Shown here piece after piece: positions 40,146-48,335 of a stretch of 64,000 nt of DNA. The DNA lies in IMG/VR virus record IMGVR_UViG_3300035698_022190, positions 62,001 through 126,000 of that record. One strand, 5' to 3'. The notes below the pieces were generated by a model, which was given only the letters and a program-made list of their open reading frames with translations, ran no database searches and had not been told where the DNA came from. Every line of letters starts with the position of its first letter. Position 1 is the first letter of the stretch. The translations under genes were made by a program, and so were the position numbers.

Positions 40146-40186
40146 ATATTATTCCTGTGGTTAGATTTTAATAAGTAATCATAATG

Positions 40187-40257
40187 CAGGCACGCGAGGA
40201 CTTGAACCCCGATCAAAAGATTTGGAATCTTCGATGCTACCATTACACCACGCGCCT
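40187..40257 (-). tRNA. tRNA-Trp(CCA)
   Basis: Loop TTCCAAA, AGG acceptor start, G73. Confidence 0.9.
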
Positions 40258-40260
40258 AAT

Positions 40261-40336
40261 TGGAGTGCCCGACAGGAATTAAACCTGCAAAAACCGGGGT
40301 TGCAATCCGGCGCTATAATCATTCAGCCACGAGCAC
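40261..40336 (-). tRNA. tRNA-Cys(GCA)
   Basis: Loop TTGCAAC, U73, CCA. Confidence 0.88.
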
Positions 40337-40340
40337 ATTG

Positions 40341-40411
40341 TGCAGTAGAAGGGTATCGATCCCTCGTCTCAACGTTGGCAACGTCATATTCTACCATTGA
40401 ACCACTACTGC
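40341..40411 (-). tRNA. tRNA-Gly(GCC)
   Basis: Loop TTGCCAA. Confidence 0.88.
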
Positions 40412-40416
40412 GTTTT

Positions 40417-40971
40417 TTATTTTGTGCGACGATTAGCAACTCTACTAGCAACCCAACCTTCTGGCTTAATAAGCCCTTCAAAGCCGTGTGCTTTTATAGT
40501 TCCTAATACTCCCGCTACAACTGAATTTGATAAGTATTTTTTATCTCTGTTTAGATCTGCATGTAGAGTATCTATTTCATGCACACCTAAACCTACCTTA
40601 GCTAATTCAGGGTTTAACCACATCGCTACTTTAATACTATCATATGCTTCTTCAATTAAGCGTGTGCGATTATCTAATCTTTTGCCGCCTATGTGTTGTT
40701 TTTTATATATTTTATAATAAACACGTCCGCCAGCCCCTACTCGCCATAAAGCTACAGCGGTTACAAACCGTGTACTATATTTATGTACTTGACTATCAGA
40801 ACCAACAATAATTCGTATTTCGCGACCTTCTGCAGTTGCCGAAATATCCTTAAACATTTCTTCAGGCAAGTTCTCAACAACTGTATTGTGTAGATCCATA
40901 CGCTTCCATACCCACCCTGGGGAATCCTGCGTCATTTTAGCTACATAATTGTTCTCTAGTTGATTTGTCAT
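40417..40971 (-). CDS. RNase H-like YkuK/DUF458 protein
   Basis: IIVGSDSQ, RLIEEA, HADLN, IKPEGWVASRVA. Confidence 0.8.
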   Translation of the reverse strand: MTNQLENNYVAKMTQDSPGWVWKRMDLHNTVVENLPEEMFKDISATAEGREIRIIVGSDSQVHKYSTRFVTAVALWRVGAGGRVYYKIYKKQHIGGKRLDNRTRLIEEAYDSIKVAMWLNPELAKVGLGVHEIDTLHADLNRDKKYLSNSVVAGVLGTIKAHGFEGLIKPEGWVASRVANRRTK

Positions 40972-40989
40972 CTTTATCTCCGTTTACAG

Positions 40990-41061
40990 AGCCCTATATC
41001 GGATTCAAACCGATGAGACCAGCTTGGAAGGCTGGTATGTTTTCAGCTACATCAATAGGGC
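40990..41061 (-). tRNA. tRNA-Gly(UCC)
   Basis: Loop CTTCCAA. Confidence 0.88.
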
Positions 41062-41062
41062 A

Positions 41063-41137
41063 TGGTAGGGACAGCAGGTTATGATCCGACGTTTCGGGTT
41101 TATCAGACCCGTGTTCTACCAATTGAACTATGTCCCC
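41063..41137 (-). tRNA. tRNA-Ile(GAU)
   Basis: Loop CTGATAA, CCA. Confidence 0.85.
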
Positions 41138-41141
41138 AATG

Positions 41142-41221
41142 CGGAGAGTAGAAGAATCGAACTCCAATGTTGCCACCCCAACAGTTTTCAAGACTGCTTG
41201 TGCCCATGCACGGTACTCTCC
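41142..41221 (-). tRNA. tRNA-Ser(UGA)
   Basis: Loop CTTGAAA, long variable arm, G73. Confidence 0.85.
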
Positions 41222-41275
41222 AGTGTGCAAAGCGAGGCATAAATGAATATGCCGCGCTCCGAACTTGAAACAGTG

Positions 41276-41485
41276 CTAAATAACTATTACGTTATTAGCA
41301 GCTTCACCTTTTTCAGTTTGTACGACGTCAAATTCAACTTTTTCGTTTTCTTTCAATGATTTAAAACCATCTGCGATAATTGAATTGTGGTGTACAAAGA
41401 GGTCATTGCCTTCATCACGAGTGATAAAGCCAAAACCTTTACTGTCGTTGAACCATTTTACTGTTCCAACTTCTTTTTTTGCCAT
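41276..41485 (-). CDS. Cold-shock protein (CspA family)
   Basis: [20 protein letters not shown]; start at MAKK. Confidence 0.93.
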   Translation of the reverse strand: MAKKEVGTVKWFNDSKGFGFITRDEGNDLFVHHNSIIADGFKSLKENEKVEFDVVQTEKGEAANNVIVI

Positions 41486-41547
41486 CTTTGTTTTTCCTAC
41501 TTGTTTATTGTTAACTACCTGGTAAACTTTCGTAGTTTCCAGGGTTG

Positions 41548-41629
41548 CGGAAGATATAGGGATCAAACCTATGGAGGTGTTACCCTCACGGGTTAGCAAC
41601 CCGCTGCATTATCACTCTGCCAATCTTCC
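41548..41629 (-). tRNA. tRNA-Ser(GCU)
   Basis: Loop TTGCTAA, long variable arm. Confidence 0.88.
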
Positions 41630-41635
41630 AATTGT

Positions 41636-41866
41636 TTACTTAAAATCGTCTTTTTCGTAAATCATAAAACTTTTCACATCTTCTAGCCAATCCTCTTCTT
41701 CATTATCCATTAAAAATAAAATGGCTGCTACAATTAGGCCAACCCACCCTAGTAATAATATTAGAAGTGCTATAATAGTATCTAAACCCGATACCCCATC
41801 GTTTTCTTTTAATTGTATAGAAAGATATATTCCTGCGGCTACTAAGCCTGCTATGAGTCCAAACAT
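41636..41866 (-). CDS. Small membrane protein
   Basis: Two hydrophobic helices. Confidence 0.7.
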   Translation of the reverse strand: MFGLIAGLVAAGIYLSIQLKENDGVSGLDTIIALLILLLGWVGLIVAAILFLMDNEEEDWLEDVKSFMIYEKDDFK

Positions 41867-41868
41867 AT

Positions 41869-42426
41869 TTATTTTCCTGTTTGTTTTTTGTCTAGGTATT
41901 CAAATACTTCATCATAATTCTTAACGCGGGTTCCTGAGTAATTTTTATCCATATTAGAGGGTCTAGTAAATAAAAGATCTTGACTCGGATCGCAGTTCTC
42001 AAATTTATCATCTATCAGTATTCCCGGTACTATGTGTTTATCTAAACCATGGGAATAAATTAAATAGTCATATTTAATACCGTGTTTATTTAGCCATTGT
42101 ACAGTATACATAAATGTCTTTGCATTTTGGTGTGTGTTTACAACTACTGTATAGCCTTGTTTTCTTAATTTTTTCATAAATGCTTTTGCTCCTCTAAAGG
42201 GCTCAGCATTAATTAAAAATACTTCTTTTGCTTTTATATCGAATAAAAAATTTAATAGTTCTTTCTTCGGTATTTCTGGGTAATGTTCTTCCATTCCCCA
42301 CTCTGATGTTGGGTTCATTTCTTCGGGAGTTTTATCGGGATAAAATTCTCTCAAAGTAATATGTGCAGATTTTAAAAAATATCTTAATACCCCATCAATG
42401 TCTACATTAATTGTTTTTGTATTTAT
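41869..42426 (-). CDS. HAD 5'(3')-deoxyribonucleotidase; start uncertain
   Basis: Frame extends upstream to INVDIDGVL (DxDGV); ILIDDKFEN. Confidence 0.8.
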   Translation of the reverse strand: MNTKTINVDIDGVLRYFLKSAHITLREFYPDKTPEEMNPTSEWGMEEHYPEIPKKELLNFLFDIKAKEVFLINAEPFRGAKAFMKKLRKQGYTVVVNTHQNAKTFMYTVQWLNKHGIKYDYLIYSHGLDKHIVPGILIDDKFENCDPSQDLLFTRPSNMDKNYSGTRVKNYDEVFEYLDKKQTGK

Positions 42427-42977
42427 GTTAGTACCCTTCCGTCTATTCTGTGCCTATAAGCAACTATTAATGGCACTTGTTTTAAATTTGCTTTTGTTAT
42501 AATACGTTTCCATTCGGGTGGAGATTTTATTGTGCAGTGTGCATTTTTACCGTTTGGTAAAGTTGTATTTGCAAGAGCACAAAAAACTGAAATATAAACA
42601 AATTTTGTAGCTAATAAAAAAATATTATAAAGGGCAGTATCTAGCTCCTTTCCTTCAGGAACATGCTCTAGTACATCCGTGCATATTACACCATCATAAG
42701 CCTCGTGCTGTATCTGATTATATTTTACTACAGCTGGATCATAACAAAAGACATTTTGATCCTTTATAGCAAATAACCTATTTTTATGTCTTTCTGTGTA
42801 TTGTTTACCAACCCCACTACCATAATCCAAAATTGTTTTTGATTGGCTGCCTATAACCAGACCATGCAAAATTTTTAAATCTTTGTCACTTATAGAGTCT
42901 TCATCATATATTCCACGCTTGTGTAAAACTTTATACTGAGCTATTCCTAGCCCTATAACTAGTTTCGGTTTTTCCAT
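42423..42977 (-). CDS. Class I SAM-dependent methyltransferase
   Basis: ILDYGSGVG, CTDVLEHVP. Confidence 0.8.
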   Translation of the reverse strand: MEKPKLVIGLGIAQYKVLHKRGIYDEDSISDKDLKILHGLVIGSQSKTILDYGSGVGKQYTERHKNRLFAIKDQNVFCYDPAVVKYNQIQHEAYDGVICTDVLEHVPEGKELDTALYNIFLLATKFVYISVFCALANTTLPNGKNAHCTIKSPPEWKRIITKANLKQVPLIVAYRHRIDGRVLT

Positions 42978-42994
42978 GTTATTCCTTTTTAAAT

Positions 42995-43071
42995 TGGGGT
43001 GACCGACGGAACTTGAATCCGCATCTACCTGGGCCACATCCAGGTGCTTTACCAATTAAGCTACGGCCAAC
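42995..43071 (-). tRNA. tRNA-His(GUG)
   Basis: Loop ATGTGGC, G-1/C73, CCA. Confidence 0.88.
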
Positions 43072-43072
43072 G

Positions 43073-43158
43073 TACCGGAGACAGGCATCGAACCTGCACG
43101 TCTTATTTCATACACAAGGGCTTAAACCTTGCGCGCCTACCAATTACGCCACTCCGGC
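43073..43158 (-). tRNA. tRNA-Leu(UAA)
   Basis: Loop TTTAAGC, long variable arm. Confidence 0.88.
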
Positions 43159-43164
43159 AATTTA

Positions 43165-43362
43165 CTACATTTCTAATTCTATACTTGCTTCTAGCAAACG
43201 AATCAATTCTGCTAAAGATAAAAACTCAATTCCAATTAATTCGCCGTCGGAATTAAAATCAAAATTGAACATTCCATCTTTGCTTTCAATTGATCTAATG
43301 CCTTTTGGGTATTTAATACTAATATACCCACTATCTGTTTCTTCGTTGTAAGTAATATCCAT
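43165..43362 (-). CDS. DUF2283-like small protein
   Basis: ITYNEETDSGYI...DFNSDGELIGIE. Confidence 0.7.
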   Translation of the reverse strand: MDITYNEETDSGYISIKYPKGIRSIESKDGMFNFDFNSDGELIGIEFLSLAELIRLLEASIELEM

Positions 43363-43430
43363 TTTTTTCCTAAAAGATGAAAGGTTTTCATCACTTGTTC
43401 TTATACCAAGTTTCTTATTGTAAATCTTTG

Positions 43431-43501
43431 TACCCCGTGATGGTATCGATCCACCGCTCCTGGTATGTAACACCAGAACTCTTCCATTAAGTTAACGGGG
43501 C
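43431..43501 (-). tRNA. tRNA-Val(UAC)
   Basis: Loop GTTACAT. Confidence 0.85.
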
Positions 43502-43505
43502 ATTG

Positions 43506-43578
43506 CGCCAACGGAAGGACTCAAACCTTCATTCCTCCGCTTAACAGGCGGTCGCTTTATCGAGTTAGCTACGATGGC
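43506..43578 (-). tRNA. tRNA-Asn(GUU)
   Basis: Loop CTGTTAA, G73. Confidence 0.85.
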
Positions 43579-43582
43579 AATG

Positions 43583-43668
43583 TGCTCACAACAGGCATCG
43601 AACCTGCACGTCTTATTTCATACACTACCGTTTGAAGATAGCGCGCCTACCAATTACGCCATGTGAGC
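43583..43668 (-). tRNA. tRNA-Leu(CAA)
   Basis: Loop TTCAAAC, long variable arm. Confidence 0.85.
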
Positions 43669-43750
43669 GATAGTGAAATTACAGTCTGAGACCCTTAGAG
43701 CCACATGATGTTGGACATCTGCCGGCTGCTCTAAATAATTTCACTACTTG

Positions 43751-43824
43751 TGGAAGCTCCCGGTTACGCTCCGGATTCTCTGGATTTTCAGTCCAGCGCT
43801 ATGTACTACATCAGCTAAGCTTCC
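43751..43824 (-). tRNA. tRNA-Phe(GAA)
   Basis: Loop CTGAAAA. Confidence 0.82.
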
Positions 43825-43828
43825 ATTG

Positions 43829-43913
43829 TGACGCCTGAGGGAATTGAACCCACTCGAACCCGAAGATACTAGTTTTACAGACTAGGCTGCCTGCCTTAAC
43901 AGTTTACGACGCC
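43829..43913 (-). tRNA. tRNA-Tyr(GUA)
   Basis: Loop CTGTAAA, long variable arm. Confidence 0.82.
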
Positions 43914-43915
43914 AT

Positions 43916-44560
43916 TTAAAATTTAAATATGTTATTTCTAGTTTCAACTTGTATGTTTAGAGTGCATACTTTCGAAAAATGACTATGAAGACTGTCCATT
44001 GCCATTAATTCAAGAGAAGATTCCGCCACTGCTTGCGTTTTCTGTGAAGGACCATCTGTATAAAATTTAGTGATATATCCTTTTTCATAAGGCCATTTTA
44101 AATCAATATATTCATAGTGCCCTCGTTCCTGTCCTTCAGAAGAAACTTTTGGTACCATCACATAGGAAGTTGCGAGTAGATCAATAACACCCCAAGAAAC
44201 GCCTTCAAAAGGTTCATCTAATTTTTGGAGGAGTAGCCAGTGTTTTGTTAAATTTGTAAATTCTCTTTTCTGATTATGATTATCAACTAAATCTAAACTT
44301 CTAATAGGAATAACGAAAGGCTTTACTTGGCTTTGTATATCCTTGGGAAGTACATAGTGATAAATATATTCTGCTAATTTATAACTATCTTGGATCCAGT
44401 AAGATCCGTACAGCCATTTCTTTTTCGGTTTATGTCTAAGCCAAGGATAATTAAACAATGCCTCTTTAAAACGATATAATTCTTCTCTAAAATTTAAAGT
44501 GGCTATCCAAGGAACATTTACACGATAATTATCTGTAGTTAATACTTTTCCTGTTTTCAT
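43916..44560 (-). CDS. Hypothetical protein
   Basis: 214-aa ORF between tRNAs. Confidence 0.7.
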   Translation of the reverse strand: MKTGKVLTTDNYRVNVPWIATLNFREELYRFKEALFNYPWLRHKPKKKWLYGSYWIQDSYKLAEYIYHYVLPKDIQSQVKPFVIPIRSLDLVDNHNQKREFTNLTKHWLLLQKLDEPFEGVSWGVIDLLATSYVMVPKVSSEGQERGHYEYIDLKWPYEKGYITKFYTDGPSQKTQAVAESSLELMAMDSLHSHFSKVCTLNIQVETRNNIFKF

Positions 44561-44576
44561 TTCTTATTATGGTTTG

Positions 44577-44660
44577 TACCGGAGACAGGCATCGAACCTG
44601 CATGTATATTTCAACACTGCGGCCTAAACGCAGCGCGCCTACCAATTACGCCACTCCGGC
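44577..44660 (-). tRNA. tRNA-Leu(UAG)
   Basis: Loop TTTAGGC. Confidence 0.88.
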
Positions 44661-44665
44661 AATTG

Positions 44666-44737
44666 CAGACCATGGGAGAGTTGAACTCCGTCTTCCAACT
44701 TGACAGGCTGGCGTGCATCCGTTACACTTCATAGTCT
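44666..44737 (-). tRNA. tRNA-Asp(GUC)
   Basis: Loop CTGTCAA, G73. Confidence 0.85.
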
Positions 44738-44749
44738 AATTATTAAATC

Positions 44750-44825
44750 TGGTACTCTCGAGAGGATTCAAACCCCTATTACAGGTGTAGAAGACCCGTG
44801 TACTCTTCAATTGTACGACGAGAGC
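44750..44825 (-). tRNA. tRNA-Arg(UCU)
   Basis: Loop CTTCTAC, CCA. Confidence 0.88.
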
Positions 44826-44829
44826 ATTG

Positions 44830-44902
44830 TGGAATCAGTAGGTCACGATCCTACAATCTTCGGCTTAAGAGGCCGCTGCATTACCAATTTTGCTATGATT
44901 CC
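44830..44902 (-). tRNA. tRNA-Lys(CUU)
   Basis: Loop CTCTTAA. Confidence 0.85.
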
Positions 44903-44979
44903 TGGTACCCTCTGGAGGACTCAAACCCCACATCTCATGGTCCGTAGCCACGTGTTCTATTCAATTGAACTAAGAGGGC
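44903..44979 (-). tRNA. tRNA-Arg(ACG)
   Basis: Loop CTACGGA, CCA. Confidence 0.88.
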
Positions 44980-44982
44980 ATA

Positions 44983-45050
44983 TCTAGAGAGTACTTCCGC
45001 CAGGCCTATCCGCTAAGACAGGTGGAATCGAACCTTACTGTACCCTCTGG
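44983..45050 (-). ncRNA. Small permuted tRNA-like RNA
   Basis: Closing stem CAGAGGGTAC/GTACTCTCTAG, GGTTCGATTCC T-loop, capped stem. Confidence 0.45.
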
Positions 45051-45053
45051 TTG

Positions 45054-45125
45054 TACTCGCAGACGGTTACGATCCGCCTACTGACCCTTATAAGGAGCCG
45101 GCTTTACCGATTAAGCTATGCGAGT
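45054..45125 (-). tRNA. tRNA-Ile(UAU)
   Basis: Loop CTTATAA. Confidence 0.8.
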
Positions 45126-45134
45126 GTTTACGAG

Positions 45135-45211
45135 TGGAGCATATGGGTAACGATCCCATCTGATATTCCTGATTGCAAAACAGGTGACCACCCCATGCAG
45201 TCCCATGCCCC
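45135..45211 (-). tRNA. tRNA-Ala(UGC)
   Basis: Loop TTTGCAA, G3:U70. Confidence 0.82.
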
Positions 45212-45220
45212 GTAATTAAA

Positions 45221-45438
45221 TAATATTCCATAGCCAGGATTCTGTTCTATCCTATGATTTCTCTGTTGGCATCTACCTTTGCATTATAGAGCTGCTTTCC
45301 CTCTAGCTATTTTGAATTGCTCCCTGGGAAGTGCTGACGATTGTTATTCGAGTTCCTTTTAACAATCTCCTTCCGTTAGCAGTGGAGTCCTGAGCTTCCT
45401 CTCATCCCTTTCGGGGTAGAGCCATAGGTCGAATATTA
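45221..45438 (-). ncRNA. rnpB: Miniature RNase P RNA
   Basis: P1 TAATATTC/GAATATTA; GAGGAAGCTCAGGACT and ACAGAATCCTGGCTAT form P4; GGAGCAA and AGAGAAAT conserved motifs. Confidence 0.8.
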
Positions 45439-45443
45439 TTTTG

Positions 45444-45514
45444 TAGCCGATAGGGGTATTGATCCCCTGTTGTCGGGATGAAAGCCCGGTATCCTACCAT
45501 TAGATGAATCGGCC
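45444..45514 (-). tRNA. tRNA-Glu(UUC)
   Basis: Loop CTTTCAT. Confidence 0.88.
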
Positions 45515-45527
45515 ATTGTTGTTCTTG

Positions 45528-45601
45528 TCTAGACGAGGAGCCATGATCTCCTACCCACGTGGTTCCAAACCACGGACTCTGCCTACTTGAGCTACGTCTA
45601 G
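45528..45601 (-). tRNA. tRNA-Pro(UGG)
   Basis: Loop TTTGGAA, C1-G72. Confidence 0.85.
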
Positions 45602-45657
45602 AATGTATGTCCACTTGTCAAATAACGAAAAAACTGGATGAATACCCAGTCATTGGA

Positions 45658-45686
45658 AATATAGATAATAAAAATTTAAATGTCAA
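45658..45686 (-). promoter_or_regulatory. sigma70 promoter TTGACA-N17-TATATT heading the tRNA/ncRNA cluster
   Basis: Perfect -35; ~55 nt upstream of tRNA-Pro. Confidence 0.75.
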
Positions 45687-45873
45687 GTACTTTTTCAACT
45701 TTTTTTCTTTTAAGCCCTAAATCTTCTAGATAACCTGTATCTTCAAAATTATCTAAAAGGATGCCTTTTAATAAATCAATAGTTTTTTCTAATTTATCTA
45801 CTTGATCTATTAATGAATTTATCGTCGGAATTACTACTTGCGACTTCTTTTCACCTACTTTTAATTTTTCCAT
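45676..45873 (-). CDS. Small hypothetical protein
   Basis: Intact ORF. Confidence 0.5.
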   Translation of the reverse strand: MEKLKVGEKKSQVVIPTINSLIDQVDKLEKTIDLLKGILLDNFEDTGYLEDLGLKRKKVEKVLDI

Positions 45874-45918
45874 GGTAAAAAAAAGCAGGCCAATAAAGAC
45901 CTGCTTTTAATTTGTAAT

Positions 45919-46293
45919 TTAAGATGCTTGTTCGTTTTCATCTTTATCTACTCTAGCCTTTAGAGCTAATCGCTGTTTATCGAGCGCTTCAAGGTAAGCG
46001 CTAACGCTTCCTTTATCAGATGGGTATAAGCCCGCACTAGTGCGGTATATTTTTGGAAGATAGGGGAGTTTATCCCGCCTCTTCACCCACCTAGCAATAA
46101 AATGCGCTGCTTGTTCGGTGTCAACGACAGACACCATTCTTATTTCTGAATCTGCAGCTCGATTAACATAATCGCCTAAGTAACAAACGATTATATAATT
46201 GTCTCCTTTGCCTGAGGTTACAGGCTTGCGGCTATTTAAATATCCGAATAGACGTCCAAGATCTTCGTAACGCTCTTTTTCAAACGTTTGCAT
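45919..46293 (-). CDS. Hypothetical protein
   Basis: ORF followed by terminator 45877-45908. Confidence 0.7.
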   Translation of the reverse strand: MQTFEKERYEDLGRLFGYLNSRKPVTSGKGDNYIIVCYLGDYVNRAADSEIRMVSVVDTEQAAHFIARWVKRRDKLPYLPKIYRTSAGLYPSDKGSVSAYLEALDKQRLALKARVDKDENEQAS

Positions 46294-46398
46294 AATTACG
46301 TGTCCCTAATTTTCAATTCCGAAAATCGTTCCATCTCCTCGCTTGGGACAATTCAAGCAACTTGATCGTATAGTTCTTATACCTAAATTAGATCAGAA

Positions 46399-46740
46399 CT
46401 ATTTTACCTTTAACGATACTGCTTGGAATTCTTTTGCAATCGGCATGATTACACGAAGAATACCATTTTCTAGTTTCACTAGATCTTCTGCTTTTGTGAA
46501 GTCGTACTTCTTGTCATCAGTAATTGCGAAGAAATTAGTAAATCCTGGTGCAAAGGTGCCTTTACCAGCAGCTTTACGGGGTTTACCGGAAACAACAACA
46601 CCATTTTTATGCTTTTTAACTTCAATGTCCTCTACTAAGTAACCTGGAGCTTTTAATTCAATTAGTAATTGGGTGTCATCTGCTTGGTAAGCAACGTAGG
46701 TTGCCTCAGCATATGTTGGTGTATCTTTGATTATTCTCAT
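46399..46740 (-). CDS. Small heat-shock protein (Hsp20)
   Basis: IELKAPGY..EDIEV, KLENGILRV.MP. Confidence 0.8.
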   Translation of the reverse strand: MRIIKDTPTYAEATYVAYQADDTQLLIELKAPGYLVEDIEVKKHKNGVVVSGKPRKAAGKGTFAPGFTNFFAITDDKKYDFTKAEDLVKLENGILRVIMPIAKEFQAVSLKVK

Positions 46741-46797
46741 TTTGTTGTATGGTTTCTGTTTTATTAGCTAATAAATTAGAGCTTATGCTCTAACCAT

Positions 46798-47142
46798 TTA
46801 TAGACGTGATTCCCACTCTGTAAGCATACGCGCAAAACTTTTACCTGGTACGTACGGTTCACTCTGGATCACACGAATTGTTTTATTCAACGCAAAAGCA
46901 ACTCCCATATCAAAATGGGACCCTTTGCTGCTTGAGTTGAAAAATATATGTATTTCATCTGCTTCTCGGATAGCTTCTGCATTTTGTTCGCATATTGCCA
47001 ATCCAGTAGCTTCTTGGTCTGTGTCACGATGCGGTAAGTGTACTTTGTCACCCTTATCTTCCAAAATTTGAGTATAAGATTCTAAGCGATCTCGGTATTC
47101 TTGTGTTGCATCACGCACGGAACATATGATAAATATTTTCAT
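46798..47142 (-). CDS. Nucleoside 2-deoxyribosyltransferase-like protein
   Basis: IFIICSVR, HLPHRD, AIREAD, SKGSHFDMGVAFAL. Confidence 0.65.
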   Translation of the reverse strand: MKIFIICSVRDATQEYRDRLESYTQILEDKGDKVHLPHRDTDQEATGLAICEQNAEAIREADEIHIFFNSSSKGSHFDMGVAFALNKTIRVIQSEPYVPGKSFARMLTEWESRL

Positions 47143-47148
47143 AAATTA

Positions 47149-47862
47149 TTATGGTTGTATATCTTCAAATATAATAGGCACTTGTGCCTGTATATCTTTT
47201 AAGAGGGGTATTGCTATCTCTCTCATTTGGGGGTGGGCAGCTTTGTGTGTTCTTAATTTAAAAAAGTGTCTCCATTCTCTTAAATTTGCTGTCATGGTAA
47301 GCTCAGTTTTTAAACTGTTTGGGAGTACGCTTCTAGCTTGTTGTGGCGACCATCCACTTTTTAATAAATGAAAATAAGACGCCTCTGTCTGCCACATAGC
47401 TGTAAGCCATTCCCTCGTTTCAGTTTTAAATGAAGATTTGTCTGAAAAAATATGAACCCCAAGTTTACCTTCTCCCAATAAATGATCTAAAATGTTTTTT
47501 ACATCTTTTAAATCTTTTAAATCCAACCAAGGTGGTATTATAAAAGTAATGTGTTCTCCAAATTTTGCTTTTGAATAATTACAGTACCTTGTACTTTCTT
47601 GTGTGTAGGAGGCTAACCGGTGGCGAACTATTTCGTGCGACACTCCCCTATCACAGATAAATTTTACGGAGATTGACTCGTGTTCAATTACTGATTCATG
47701 TTTAAATTCATGAACAATCTTTTTTATAAATTTTTCTGCTGATCCTTCTTTTATAAGCCCCTCTGATTTATACGCGGAACGTCCCGCTAATTCCAAGGAT
47801 TTTAGTATTTCAGGCCCATCAATTTTTGTTAAAATCTCGTAGCTTGGTGATAATAACTGCAT
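47149..47862 (-). CDS. thyX: Flavin-dependent thymidylate synthase
   Basis: HESVIEH, HEIVRHRLASYTQESTRY, ARSVLP, NLREWRHF. Confidence 0.95.
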   Translation of the reverse strand: MQLLSPSYEILTKIDGPEILKSLELAGRSAYKSEGLIKEGSAEKFIKKIVHEFKHESVIEHESISVKFICDRGVSHEIVRHRLASYTQESTRYCNYSKAKFGEHITFIIPPWLDLKDLKDVKNILDHLLGEGKLGVHIFSDKSSFKTETREWLTAMWQTEASYFHLLKSGWSPQQARSVLPNSLKTELTMTANLREWRHFFKLRTHKAAHPQMREIAIPLLKDIQAQVPIIFEDIQP

Positions 47863-47874
47863 ATATATGTTTGG

Positions 47875-48072
47875 TTAAGTTATATCTTGTCCGAGTAGAA
47901 CATTTTGACACAAAATTTCAGCACCTTCAAGCGTTGCCTTGTACTGTCGATGGTTTTTTAAAAGTTGCTCTCGCTCAGTTTTTGCTAGATACTTTTTAAT
48001 CTCCGATATCCCTCCTCGGGTATACATGTTCACTAATCGCAACTTTAAATCCGCTCGAATGTGTGCTTTCAT
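47875..48072 (-). CDS. Small hypothetical protein
   Basis: ATGA-coupled to upstream ORF. Confidence 0.55.
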   Translation of the reverse strand: MKAHIRADLKLRLVNMYTRGGISEIKKYLAKTEREQLLKNHRQYKATLEGAEILCQNVLLGQDIT

Positions 48073-48263
48073 ACTTCTTTCCGTTTTCGTGGTTTACGTT
48101 GTTTAGGCTGTGCCTTTAAAACAAGGTGCAAAGCTGCCGGAGCCTTATATTTCTTTTTTTCTTCGCCAACCCAAATCCACCCTCTTTTTCTACTCTTTGA
48201 AATCTGTCTGGCAGTAGTGCCCAGTTGTTGTGCTAATTCTTTGTTTGATAATGGTTTTGCCAT
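48069..48263 (-). CDS. Small HTH DNA-binding protein
   Basis: SNKELAQQLGTTARQISK; AGGAG RBS before MAKP. Confidence 0.6.
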   Translation of the reverse strand: MAKPLSNKELAQQLGTTARQISKSRKRGWIWVGEEKKKYKAPAALHLVLKAQPKQRKPRKRKEV

Positions 48264-48335
48264 ATTGCTCCTAAATTTTAGGGTAAAAAAGGGCAGCAAT
48301 TAATGTTGCCCTTTTTATTAAATATTTAAAGTGGT

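Noticed and set aside
35258-45614. ORF-track entries overlapping tRNAs/ncRNAs (35258, 35618, 37248, 40994, 44700, 45402) and extended N-termini of 41599, 43055 and 43473
   Set aside because: They run through clear RNA genes.
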